This document shows positions 40,198 to 53,000 of a stretch of 64,000 nt of DNA, in pieces. The DNA lies in the NCBI GenBank assembly GCA_003344405.1, contig NOWV01000258.1:1-64000 (forward strand), given 5' to 3'. Source of the stretch: Trichoplax sp. H2 (lineage: Eukaryota). The position numbers and the translations under genes were made by a program. The notes beneath the pieces were generated by a model, which did not search any database, was not told the DNA's origin, and worked only from the letters and a program-made list of their open reading frames with translations. The stretch's first letter is position 1, and each line of letters starts with the position of its first letter.

Positions 40198-43100
40198 TTA
40201 GCATAGTACTCCAAGCTTTTTAGAAAAATGTCTAAATAAAATGCATTTTAATCAATATCTAAACAAAAAAGTAAAAATTGTCAGTAGTTAAGAGCTTTAT
40301 CAATAATCATTCTGTAAGATAGTACTAATTAAATGAATTTTATATGGGTAAAATAATCACGAAATGCATATCTTAAGGATTGAAGTAATAATCTTTAATC
40401 GAGATGGATTCTTCGTTATAGATGGGATCAAAGTCACTTTGTTTAAGCTACGACTGGTCTTAAAGATTACCTTACCAGCGAATTCTACTTTCACAATGTT
40501 TCTCTAATGCATACACATTGGTGATCAACATCAAGTAATTTAGTTGCATTCAAGTCGATCTAGAATAAATCTTTTAAACTGCGATAAAGAATGCTCGAAA
40601 AGAAAATTCTGCTAAATCAACATAAAATAAATAATTTAATATGACTGTTATCTATCTTATCATACGTAGATCATTCCGGTGCAATTCTATAGTTGTGATA
40701 AAATAATAATAAAAATTCTTAGGCGTAATGCAATATTTTTTCCGAATGGGCACTTTCTTATAAAAGGAACTAAGACTATTCTTCCTGAATAATTTTAAAG
40801 AATAAACAACATCAGCTAATTACCACTATTCTACATTCTTTAAACTATGTATACCAATGATCATCATGATGTTAATTTATGGTATATTAATTAATCCAAT
40901 AGACTTAAGATAATGTTCTTATGTGAACAAAATATTAAACCTTATTACTGTGCAAGTACTAGGACGTGTAATATAATAGGCAAGCAGATATAGGCTAAGA
41001 ATTTAATAAGAGTTTAAATTATAATTATGATATTATCAATTCTCGATAGTTATCTTAATTGTTATAGGGGATAATGCTATTCAGTTGTTCATCTCGTCAG
41101 TGCATTATCTGGACATAGTTTATTCTTGTTGCCTTTTACATCACATCAATCACCGTTAATAGCGGAATTCAGATGGAATGTGATATCATTTGTCAGATTT
41201 GGCAGACTTTATCATAAGTGTTTTCCTTTGCTTCTTGTATACCATCTACTAGTCAAACCGTTCATCACAAGTATAAACATCAATTCTTGAATTGGTTTGC
41301 AAAAATTGAAAATTGTAGAAAGATTAGAGAGTATCAAGATACGACAGATCTGAATTTATCGTTTTATAAGATAAAGTCGAGATTTCAATGCACGTATTTC
41401 GTTTTCGTAGGAGCTAGACACTAGTGGTGTTGTTATAAATAGCTGCCATATACCCATTTTATTGATATATCGACACATTTATACAAATGTTAAAGATGTG
41501 GATCTGATCTGGCTAAAGCCAGATCTTCGACCGTTTATCCAATCCTATCATACTTGAAGTATCACCGTAAATTGTAACTGATAAACTATTGGTGATAAAG
41601 ACATTTGAACTATTCATTTTTATGAATAGTTAATAGTTAGTGATAACAAAACTTTTACCCAAGAAAATCAACGTGTTTGCCCTAACGCATTGAACTACAA
41701 GAACATTCTGTATATATGCATTGTTATAATTGGTATTTACATATGGAAACCATGTTGAAGATAAACAATAATCAATAACTTGAATTCCGATCAGACATTC
41801 GCGCCAAAGTTTACCTAAGCTTTGAGTCATAAATTAAAAGCGGATGAATCAATAATTAGCGAATGTTGACTCTGTGCAATATTTTCTCTTGTTTCCAATT
41901 GCGTATATATTAATTCGCCTTGATGAAGCTTGCTAACATTTAACGGACATTATAATATGCATAGATAGATAGCATAGCCTTATTGCTACTGATAAAACCG
42001 TTATCTAATAATTCGCATATATTTTTATTGATACGTCATACTTTTATAATATTACGGTATCAAAGTACTGAAATTTACGAACTAGAAAAAGCACGAACTT
42101 GCAACAATGATTGAGAGTGTATTTTCGAACCTGCACTACTGCAAATCATAACATCAATCAGTAGATATTTCTATGTAGATATAATTAAGATTTAGCTCGT
42201 TAAGACCTCTATTCTCTATATAAAAATCTTAATTTACTTTATTGTCAGCGAGGCCGCGATTCCTATAGGTTTAAGAGTACCTAAAACTGGTTTAACTATA
42301 CGAGTCACCTTATTCTTTAGACATTAAATAAATCAGTGCTCTAAAGAGCCTCCATGCGTAAGGATTAAATACACTCTAGCCCTACAGTATTAAATTTATC
42401 ATGTCAGTATCAAATTAATCAATTCCTAATAGTGCTTAGTTTAATTAACAAAAATATATTAGCCTTTTCCTATTAAGATATTGCATCTAAATTTAGAAAC
42501 CATACGTTCAATGTTAGTATCATTCGAAGTGATAGAATCAGTCTGGTTAAACTAGTAGATAACAGCTATTTTATTCCACTTCTAAATTAAAGATTGTTAA
42601 CTTATCAAATGTTAAACACTAAAGTTACACTTAAAAATATCGTAAACATGACTGACTGATAAGCATATATTGTACAGAGCATGAAAATAATGTACACATC
42701 ACGAAAATTTACTTTTATGATAAGGTAATTGTTTATGAGACTGCATCATAATTATAACCCATTAGCCCGGGTTTTTCCTATAAAATTGGGTGATATACCC
42801 TAGTTTAGTCTGGAATGGTCGTACAGACCGCACAGTAAGATTACTATCGCCTCCTTACGATAGGAAATCGTTCATAGTATTAGTATTACATTATAGACCA
42901 TTGTTGAAGAGGATAAACTTGGCATTAGGGCTCTCAGTAGATAAACTATCTCGTTTCAAATGTAGATTGAACGCAGATTTTCAAAAAGTTTTAATCCAAT
43001 TTCTTCATTCTGGTTGAGTATGATTAATCAATTCGAGACAGAATTACACGCAACATAAATACTTAAAAGATGATATCTTTATTCAAATATTCGTTCACTT

Positions 43101-44009
43101 AAAATACAAATGCAAGCTACTAGTATCTTGATAAGAATAGAACAGATATCAATAGTTATAACATTGATTAACTATTGCTATCATCAATTCTTCAAAGTAG
43201 AAAGGAATAAATTTAACGATAAACATCATTATACGGCTACTGACAGCTCATGATGTAAGGTATCGTAAAAAATAACTCTAGAAAGGATAATTTCATCAGT
43301 TGTATAAAACCAGTTTCTATTGTACACGTAAGGGGAATTAAAACAAATATATTCGATATACAGTATGATAGAGTTTAGATTATGTACAAATCCAAATTGA
43401 AGTTATCAGACCTATATGCCAATAATCTAAACTTGATGTATCATCGCCGTAGTTTTAAGGTAACATAATGGAGATGATAGAACAAAGAAAAGTGTAAATC
43501 ATATCTTGATATAGTAAAACTGTTATATTATATTATTAACTTACGATATCAAAAAAAAGCATCGTAGATCAATAGATCTATAGGTTAATAAAAGATATAA
43601 GAAGAATAGTTCTTGACATAGCATGAGTAGTTATATACGAGTTTCTATATTAAGGACGTGTATCATATAAAATATTTATACATATTAGTATATTGTAGTA
43701 GTTTACTACAAATTTAAAGCTAGTAAATGGCTTTGAAAGTTATTAAAATAAAAAAATGAGACACATTTGCAGCTATTCGACTTATTTGATACAAAACGTT
43801 TGGATGACCGTGAATTTCAATACAATTACAAGACCGATCGAACAGTATTTTCGTAGACTAGTTTCTTTTCTAAACTAAAGGAGGCATCCATGTTATACTG
43901 TAATCAAGTAGCTTTAAAGCAATCATCTTGAAGGATTACGACTATATTATAATTTTCAAGCTTTATGCTTTGACTATTAAAGTATATGATACTGCTTCTC
44001 CTATATTAT

Positions 44010-47000
44010 TTATTTCTTGCCAAAGAGCTGTTTGCCGAATGAAAGGACACTTCCTTTCGATTTTTTCGGTTTATCTGTGGAATCTTGGCGGTAGCTAAAT
44101 AGTAAAAATTGATGTGGTTGATTAAATATTGGATTGATATTTATCGATTAACTCAATTTTATTATCATAATCTGCCTTTTATCACTTGTAGATAGAGCAT
44201 CAAAGATAAAAGACTTCAAATTTAAACTTACTAATTTGAGTCTAAAATTTGTTGAGCTTTACGATTTTCCTTTTCCTTCTGACTTTCTTCCAGCATAGCT
44301 AAGCGAGAATCTGATCGAATTCTAGGTGATGATTCTTTCGATGTTGGCTCTGGTGTTAGATGAATTTGTTGCTGTTCTACTTCATCATCTGATGAACTAA
44401 CATCTAATAATTTGGCGAATTTTCCAGTTTGTACGTGACCATTATGAGGTAATGTTGGAATAGCATCTCTATCTTTAGATGCACCATTAATTAATGGTGG
44501 AGCGACGTTTCGTGGATATTGAGTGTGTTGAATTTCTTGTGCCGCAGGATCATGTTCGCCATAACGCATAAAATCATCGTAATCCTGCAAATAATTAGCT
44601 GGAACAGAGCCAGTCTTGTAATTGCATATACCACGGACAAAACCGTCTGGATTAACTTCGCCTAATGCCATAATAATCTGGCCTTTCTTAAAACTTAATG
44701 CGCTACCTCGTCTTTCATTGGAATATCGGTTGGGTGTATAATCTTTTAGCGCGATCATTTTGCGCCCTTTGGTCTTGCTTGGCTTACGTCTAACAAATGC
44801 TGATGAAGTTACTCTAGATGCAGGTTCGTTATATTGCTCTGCATGTCGATAATTAGGATCTTTAATGGCATTGGATAGTCCAAATTCAGTTATAAAATCA
44901 CGGGGAATTAAGCCGTAAACACCATTAACATGTCCTTCATAAAAACCATCGTTCCTTTCCGTATTGATAATTTTAATTAAATCGTCTTTTCTGAATGTAA
45001 TATCGGTTAGACCAGTATCATCGGTATAACCTTTAGCTTGATAATCGTATTGAGCAATATAACTTCGACCTACGTTACCATCTTGATTTTTATCTAAATG
45101 TGGATGATCAGGAGTAACAAGAGCTTGGACATAGAGACTAGCAGGCGTGGATGAAATTCCACCTTCGGTTAACGTTTGCACAGAAACGTCAAATGGCCGA
45201 GTTAAATCGAGATTTTCTAATTCTACTTTACAAATATTAGCGCCAAAACAAGATTTGACAGCTAATCCGTTGACTTTCACTTTATAACCAATGACTTTAT
45301 GACCGTTACTCCTTTCACTAGAATCCATAACCGGTTTATTCCATCCAAGCAGAATACCATGGCGTAAAGTTCTCATGATATGCACTGCTGCTGGGGGCGA
45401 TGGCTGCTTTAATTCAGGCTTGGAGCGTTTTAATTCAGGTGATGAAGGAAGATTACGAGGTAGTTTATTATCTTGTGGATAGCTCAAGGTTGATCGAGGA
45501 TAATGTTGATCAATGTTGTTACCATTAGGTAGGCTAAGGATCATTTCAGGACTTACACTTACTCGACCACTATAGTTAGTATCGCTATGGGGAGAATCTT
45601 GACGTGATGATGTTTCAACTTCAGCTAAGAAAGTGCTAGGAATATAGCCGACACGATCATTTCGCACAGCTTTGTAGTAGCCATTCCTATTAATATCACC
45701 ATAGACATAAATTCGATCGCCTTGACGTATAGGAAGCTCCTCGTCAGGATATCCTGAAGTATTTTGCGTTTGAGGATCATAATCAAACAATGCATACATT
45801 AATTTCATTCGATCAGTCGATTGAAATGATAACTGGCTGCCTGGTCTAGTTGGAGAAGCATGCCTTTCTCTGCTTTTCGATGCAGAATCACGCTGCTGTC
45901 TTTGGAACCAATGGTCAGGTGTTGAATCGAGATGCGGCTATAAATTGAGAATAAATGATTATTTTATAAGTGATGATGGCGTAAAAATACTCTTATAGCT
46001 CAAATTTGGCTTTCATACGATATATTCATATAGACTAGTTAGAGAAAGTTTGCAAGTCCTAATAATTTGGCTTTTATAAAATATGTTCATATAGACTAGT
46101 TAAAGAAAGCTGTATTTCTTACTAGTTTGGCCTTTATGAGACATGTTCACGTAGACTAGTTAAAGAGAGCTTGCAGTCCCTACGGTACTAATTTAGCTTT
46201 TATAAGATAAACCCGTGTAGACTGGTTAGAAAGAGCTTGAAAGCTCTACTGTTCGCCTTTTATAAGGTATACTCATGTAGACTAGTCAGAGAGAGCGTGA
46301 AACTCCTACTAATTTGTGTTACTGTCAATAGGATACGTTCCTACACACTAGTTAGAGCTAAATATTCCTAAAACGGTTCCAATGTAGGATGTATAAAATA
46401 CATCCAGCATCTAGTCCTACAGTATATCTATGTAGATCAGCTAACTATAGCGATAAGATTCAAATTTAAGACTAGCTAGTCATACCTTGTTGTTGTCTTT
46501 TAAAATTGGTAAGGAATAGGTACTTGCGTGAATCGTTTCCTGACTACCGTTATTACCATTGGATTTTTTTCTATCAGTGGATTTAATTCGATTAAGTTCT
46601 GAACTTAAATGATGAATAACATCGTCTTTTTGAGAGTTGCCCTTTTGTAAATCATTGAGTCGATTCTATTGCAAAAGAAGAATAATGAATTAGAACAGCT
46701 CTATTTTGATCGCTGGCTATGGCATTGATTGCCCGTATTTACACTATTACAGGGTTGGATATTCTAATGGAAAGTTTAAATTCTTACCGCGTAAATGCTT
46801 TCAACGTCTTCTTTATCCTTTTCAGCTTGAATTCTATCTTTTGATTCAGCGTCTAGTTGAATTTTGAGTTCATCGTTTTCTTTTACTAATTCGTCATAGC
46901 GTCGATTAAGGTATGTCCAATTTTCCTGTAATTGATTGTATTCATGGCGAATGATTGCATCGTCCTTTTCATAATTTTCTACTTGTTTCTGTAGCTTGTC

Positions 47001-50000
47001 ACGATCATTTTCCACCATTTGCAATCGATGTAATTTAGCTTGTAAGGAAAGATTTTGCTGTACAATATCTTCATTTTCTTGTTCAATCTCGTGTAAATGT
47101 TCTAATTGTGCACGAAGGGAAGTAATTTCATTCAGGGCATCTACTAATTCTAAGTGTTGCACTTCTTTTTCTTCTAATTTCTCCTTTAATAAATTGCGTT
47201 CTTGCTCGGCAGCAACTCGATTAGCTAGTTCGCTCTGAAATTGTACGATCGATTGCATCATTAGCTATTCCTATTTCTTAAATATCGTAGATTACTGGCT
47301 ATAATTCATCGCGCTCAATCTGTATTCATCATTACTATTGATGTCCTTAGTAAAAATTAGCTATGATACATTACTTACTTGTAAGGAAGAAATCTTATAA
47401 TTCATCTGGTCGCTATCGGCTAGCATATCTTCCAAGACTTTCATTTTGGACTTGAGTAAATTATTCTCATCTTCAATGGTTTCCGTCAATACTAATTTAG
47501 ACTTTAATTCACTATTATCTCGTACAACATCGTCATATAAGGCAACTTTTGCTTTCAGATAGTTTGCCTCATCAACAGATACATTGGATTGCGATTGCTG
47601 CTGAACCTCAGGGAAATTCTTATCCAATTCTTGCATTTTATCTCGAAGCTGTTGATTTTCAGCTGTAATTTCCGCTAGCTCATCTTTAAGACTTTCAAAT
47701 TCACTAATTGTCGCTTGATTTTCCTTTAACTTTTCCCGTAATTCCTCGATCTCTTGCAATATTTTGCTATTGTCATTGCGATACGTTGGATCGTTAATAG
47801 AATATAAAGCTGATCTCAATCGTCGAATTTCTTCTTCAGCTGTATTCGTCATTCGACGCCAATAATCAATCATATGTTGTTGATTTTTAAATTCTTCATC
47901 ATCAGTATTGCCCTTCTTCTTCTGCTTAGCCATCTAATACAACAAGTGTACGTTAAAAACAGACACTATTTTATCCACGCATAGATTGGTTTAATATGAG
48001 TAAGCGCACTTCTAGCATGCAATTATAGAATTAATTATGAGTAAAATTCAATTACAAGATCAACAAACCTCATCACGTAGGCTATCTAATTCTTTATTTT
48101 TAGCTTGAACTTCCTTTTGCAAATTATAGATGACACTTAATGCAGATTCGTCCATCGTTGGATTATAAATTGGTTCTGGTGCCTTTTTCTCCAGCTGCAA
48201 GTAAATTCAAAAAAGTCAATAACAAAACTAGTAACGTCTACTTAAATACCAATCATCAAGGCACAAATAGAAAATGTTTACCTTGGTCTTAAATAACTTA
48301 TTTTCTTTATCTTTTACTGCTTTTTCAAGTGTGATTACTTTATCCTTGATAAGATTATAATCAGACTTGGAAATGTACAGCATATCAAGACGATCCAATT
48401 CGGAAATGGGAGCTGTTGCTGGATAAACATTTTCCATGACTTGTGTACAGTCAAATTGGCTACCAAAATCTTGAGGCTGCGGTCCAATATGAGTGATTTT
48501 AGGAGTTGCCCATTTGGTATTGGAAGAATCTAAAGTTGGAGGATTAGCAGTAGGCAGTGCTGGTGGTAAAATATTAAGTGGTAACAATTTATCAGAACTA
48601 CTATTAGCATAAGCAGCAGCAAGCGGCGTAGCACTATCAGCAACTACATCAGCTTTAACAATATTCGATTCTATAGGAACTAAATGTTGTTCTTTTGGAT
48701 CGACATGAGCTAAAATTAAATCTGGCTCTTCCGATATTGGCAAAGTTTGTGCCTCGGCTTCGATCTTTGTAGGTGGATCAAGAGTCTGGCATTCTGCTTC
48801 GATCGTGGCTTCCATCTTATCAGGTTTGTCAAGGGTTTGGCATTCTACTTCTACCATAGCTTCGATCCTATCAGGTTGATGAAGGGTTTGGTATTCCACC
48901 TCTGCCACCTTTGGCTCATCTTCTTCAGGAATATTCATGATGCGAGACAAGAGATTTTCTGTAATCGTGGTGGCTTGATGGACTTTAGTTTCTAATCCAT
49001 CTAATGATTCAGCAGTAATAGCATGCTCTATTATAAATGATCTATCTTTCTTCATGGCTGATTCTGGTTTTGTTTGTATAGAATATTCACTACCGTCGAG
49101 AACACTTCCAGCGATAGCTACTATGCTATATTGATCATTCTCGCTAACTAAATCTAACCCATGCTCCCTAGTAGCGTCCATTTCAGCTAAAGCATCGGAA
49201 ATGGCATCGGAAACAATACTGTGAATGGTACTGTCTAAGTTTTCTTCGTTTTCCGTTTTCTCTTCTACTTTTGCTAACGGTTGAGATTTGACACCTGATG
49301 CATTTCTAAAGGTGTCCATAACCGAATTTAAGATTTGATCAGCCATTGCACTACATAAATCTTGCAATCTTGGACTTGTTTGTGCTGGTCCATCAACATT
49401 TTGCACTACTTCTTTTTCAGCTGGATCAGAAATAATGGTCGAATGTGCTGCACCATCATCATCTTTTTCAAACATAATCGGACATGGACGGTCTTTTAGT
49501 TCTTCAATTTCTTCGCGCATTTCATGAAGATGACTAATAATATCATATAAATTTTGGATAACACCAGCTTTGATTTCTTTATCCATTGCATTGCTATCGG
49601 TAAATTTAACAACACGATCCAGTTTCTGTTGTAATTCATCAGTTCGATTTTGTGTAGCAGCAATTTGCTGTTTATAATCGTTATTTTCTTGTTCGATGGC
49701 TTTACATTTCTCCTCTACTTCTATTAATTTCTCTTCTATTTCTTGCAATTCATTCATTTTATTTTCTTGACTATTTAATCGATTGATTAGATCAGCTTTA
49801 GCTTCTTCTGCTTCAGCTACATAGTCTTGATATTGATGGCGTGCTTGGATTAAGTTCTCTCGTAAATCATCAATATCTCGTTCCATATCCGTGGTTAGGA
49901 AATCTTTCTCTCTAAATTTAGCATAATCTTGTTGGTATTTAACAATATCCTCTTGTAATGAGCTTGTTGTGAATTCTTTTTCACTTAATAACCGATTTAA

Positions 50001-53000
50001 TTCTTGATAAGAATGGCGTAGAACATCAATTTCTTGCGTTGCAACTTCCTTCTCTTTGTTATAGTCCTCTTTGACATAGTCAATCTCATCTTTGGTAGTC
50101 ATTAATTCACTCTTGGTTTTATTTAAATCTTCAGCTGTTTCATCAAGTTGTTGTAAAGTTGTTGCTAATGTTTCGGTTAGTGACATTTTAATTTCTTCCA
50201 ATTGATCGATAGTTTCCCTTGCATCTTTTAAATCTGATGATTTCCTACCAGCTAGGCTCTCTAATTCATCCATTTGTGTTTTTAATTCATCATTGGTTTG
50301 CATCAATTGATTGAGTTGATCTTTAGCTTGGCGTAGTTCTTCTGTTAAGGATGATTCACGTTCTTCTCGTTCTTCTTCTAACATCGATAATTGCGATTGG
50401 GTTTCCCATAAAGCGTCCTTGGTTTCAATTTCATCTACTTGTGCATTTTTTAACATACCTTCGAGCTTTCGAATTCTATCACGACTGTTATCTAATTTTT
50501 TGCGTATTTGTAATTCTTTCTCGAAATCAAATCGACGCTGTTCATGTAATTGTTGTAATCGCCTTTCCAATTCAGTTAATCTCTTGCTTTGGACAACATA
50601 GAGCTGTTTATAATCTTTTAGTTCATGGACTTTCTTTTCAGCAATTTCTAAATCTTCCTTCAATAAACGTTCTTGTAGGGATGCTAATTTTTTACTGCCG
50701 GTTGATACAGGTGAACGCGATCTATGTTGCGAATATTCATCATCGGAGCCACTACTATTTCCTGATCCACTACTAGGACCGCTTAAGTCGCTTTTGGATA
50801 GTAACGCTCGCAATTCTTTATTTTGCCTTTCGTATAATTTCTTCAGCCTTTCCGCTTCAGCTTTGACTGGCTCTAAGTTAGACATTTCTGTTCGCAATTC
50901 TAATATTAATTTCTCATCGAATTCAATCTCACGTTTGAGATTGTAATTTTCAGTTTCTAAATTGAAAATTTGCAACTGTTGTGTATTCTCTTTGGATAAA
51001 GATTGCGATAGAGCATCTTGTATGGCTGATAATTGCCGATTTAAGTTACCATAATCGGGTAATTTTTGCCACTGATCATCGTCTAAATCGCTTTCATGAT
51101 GCATGGATTCGAGCTCCTGAATACGTTGACAGCAATTTTCTAGCATATATTTCAAATCGGAGTCGGCTTCTTCACATTTTAATTCGTGGAAAATATGGCG
51201 ACCATCATTTTCAGCTAAAATTTGTAATGAAACTTGATTTAATTTAGAGCCATATTTATCTTGTAAAGGCTTAAACTCTTCAAAGGATGTCTTGAAAAAT
51301 TCTTTCATATCCTTCTCATGTTTACTTTGTTCAGGCCTGCAGAGCACCTGCAAGAGTGCAATCTTGATAACATTGGTCCAATTGAGGATATTTTCTTGCA
51401 ATGTTGCTTGTTCTTCTTCCATCAATTGACTATTTGCTTCTGTTAACGATTTTAGTTGTTCAACAAATTGTTGATGAAGGAATTCTTTGACAGCGGTTTC
51501 TTTGGCCATCATCTCTTGATTACGTTTCGCTTTCATAATTTCTAAATCGGTTAATTTCTTTTGAGCTTTTCTTAGCCAACGGCGTATTTCTTGATCATAG
51601 CTTGTCATTAAATCCACAGGGAAGACACTATCTAAGATTGTATCAGTCATATCTAAGGCAAATCGGTCAATTAGCATGGCATCGAAAGGACTACTAATGC
51701 CTTTAACGTGTTGTTCCCTTTCTAGATTGATGGTAGGCAATTCCTCATGATCAGGTCCAAATTCAAATTCTCGTTCAATAATTAAGGAAAGTTCCTCTTC
51801 TTTACCGCCAAAGCTTAATGGGCTAGATGAATCAACTATCATTTGGCCTAAGCCAATTTTCGAGCTTGAAACAGGAGCAAATGAGCCTGATTCCATCTTG
51901 GTTAAGTAATACTGCTGTGATGAAATTGGTGTATATTTTTCCTCATCAGGAATACTACCAATCTCCTTATTCAGTGAATCACTGACAGCAGTATGGAACA
52001 TAGTATCGGTTTTATTAATTAATTTAGAGCTGTAAATTTGTTCTGATGTTGGTGTAGCTGCAGAAACAGAAGTTAATGTGTCTGCACTATCATTCAATGA
52101 TAAATCGTCAGGAGCACTGGCGATTTTTGTATCACTATCTTGCGTAAGCTTGGCATCTACGTAATTAGAGATGGGTAAGGCAATAGCGAAAGGAAGCATT
52201 AGCAAAGAAAAGAGCGAAGCAAGGAGAGCAAATAAAGTTGAGCAAAGTATGCAGGGCAAAGCAAGCTAAGCAAAGCATGTTAGCAAAGCAAGCTGAGCTC
52301 AGCAAATTGAGCAAAGCAAGCCGAGCAATGCAAGCTGAGTAAAACAAGTGGAATAAAATTGCTACTACTTGAAATTTACCTTTACTCCATTCAATTTCAT
52401 ACGAGGATCCTGCTGGCGTTTGCGTCGAGCTAGTTTGGATGGATGTCGGATTGATGAAATATTCGTACTTATCTAAGTTAATACTACCGCTCTAGTTTAG
52501 CGTTAAAAAATTGAATTAGAAATAGACGATATCATGGTCAAGGCATACAATGATGATACCTTATGGTTGTGTAGAAAGAATTGCAAGATTACCTTAATAT
52601 CGCTATTCATGCTGTCGATTGCTGATCTCAATTGGCTATTCTCACGCTGGAGCTCTTCCTGTTGAGCTACAGTCAGTATTTTCCCTCGAGTTTGTTGATG
52701 GATCTCTTTGCGCATTGTGTCAATTTCTCCTCGTAATCGATTAACATGATGCTTTAATCGATCATTTTCATTTTCTAATTCTGATATTTTATTGGCTTCT
52801 TTTGCATTTTCAGCCATGGCTTGATAAAACTACAGGAATATGTTACCGAGCGATAATCAGAAAAGCTGGAATATAATAACTAAAATGATTCTACATCACT
52901 CATGATAACAACTTTTACCTTAATTTGCCCTTCTAAATCAGCGATTTTGCACATAAATTCTTCTTCAATTATTGCTAATTCTTTTAGTTGTTCTTTTGCT

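Noticed and set aside
41506..41525. Short hairpin GATCTGGCT-AA-AGCCAGATC
   Set aside because: An isolated 9-bp stem, plausible by chance in 64 kb.
52157..52259. Signal-peptide-like hydrophobic N-terminus of the 1343-aa ORF
   Set aside because: It lies in a TTGC-rich intron. Exon 52491-52380 splices in phase to the acceptor at 52156 and bypasses it, and the listed start is TTG.
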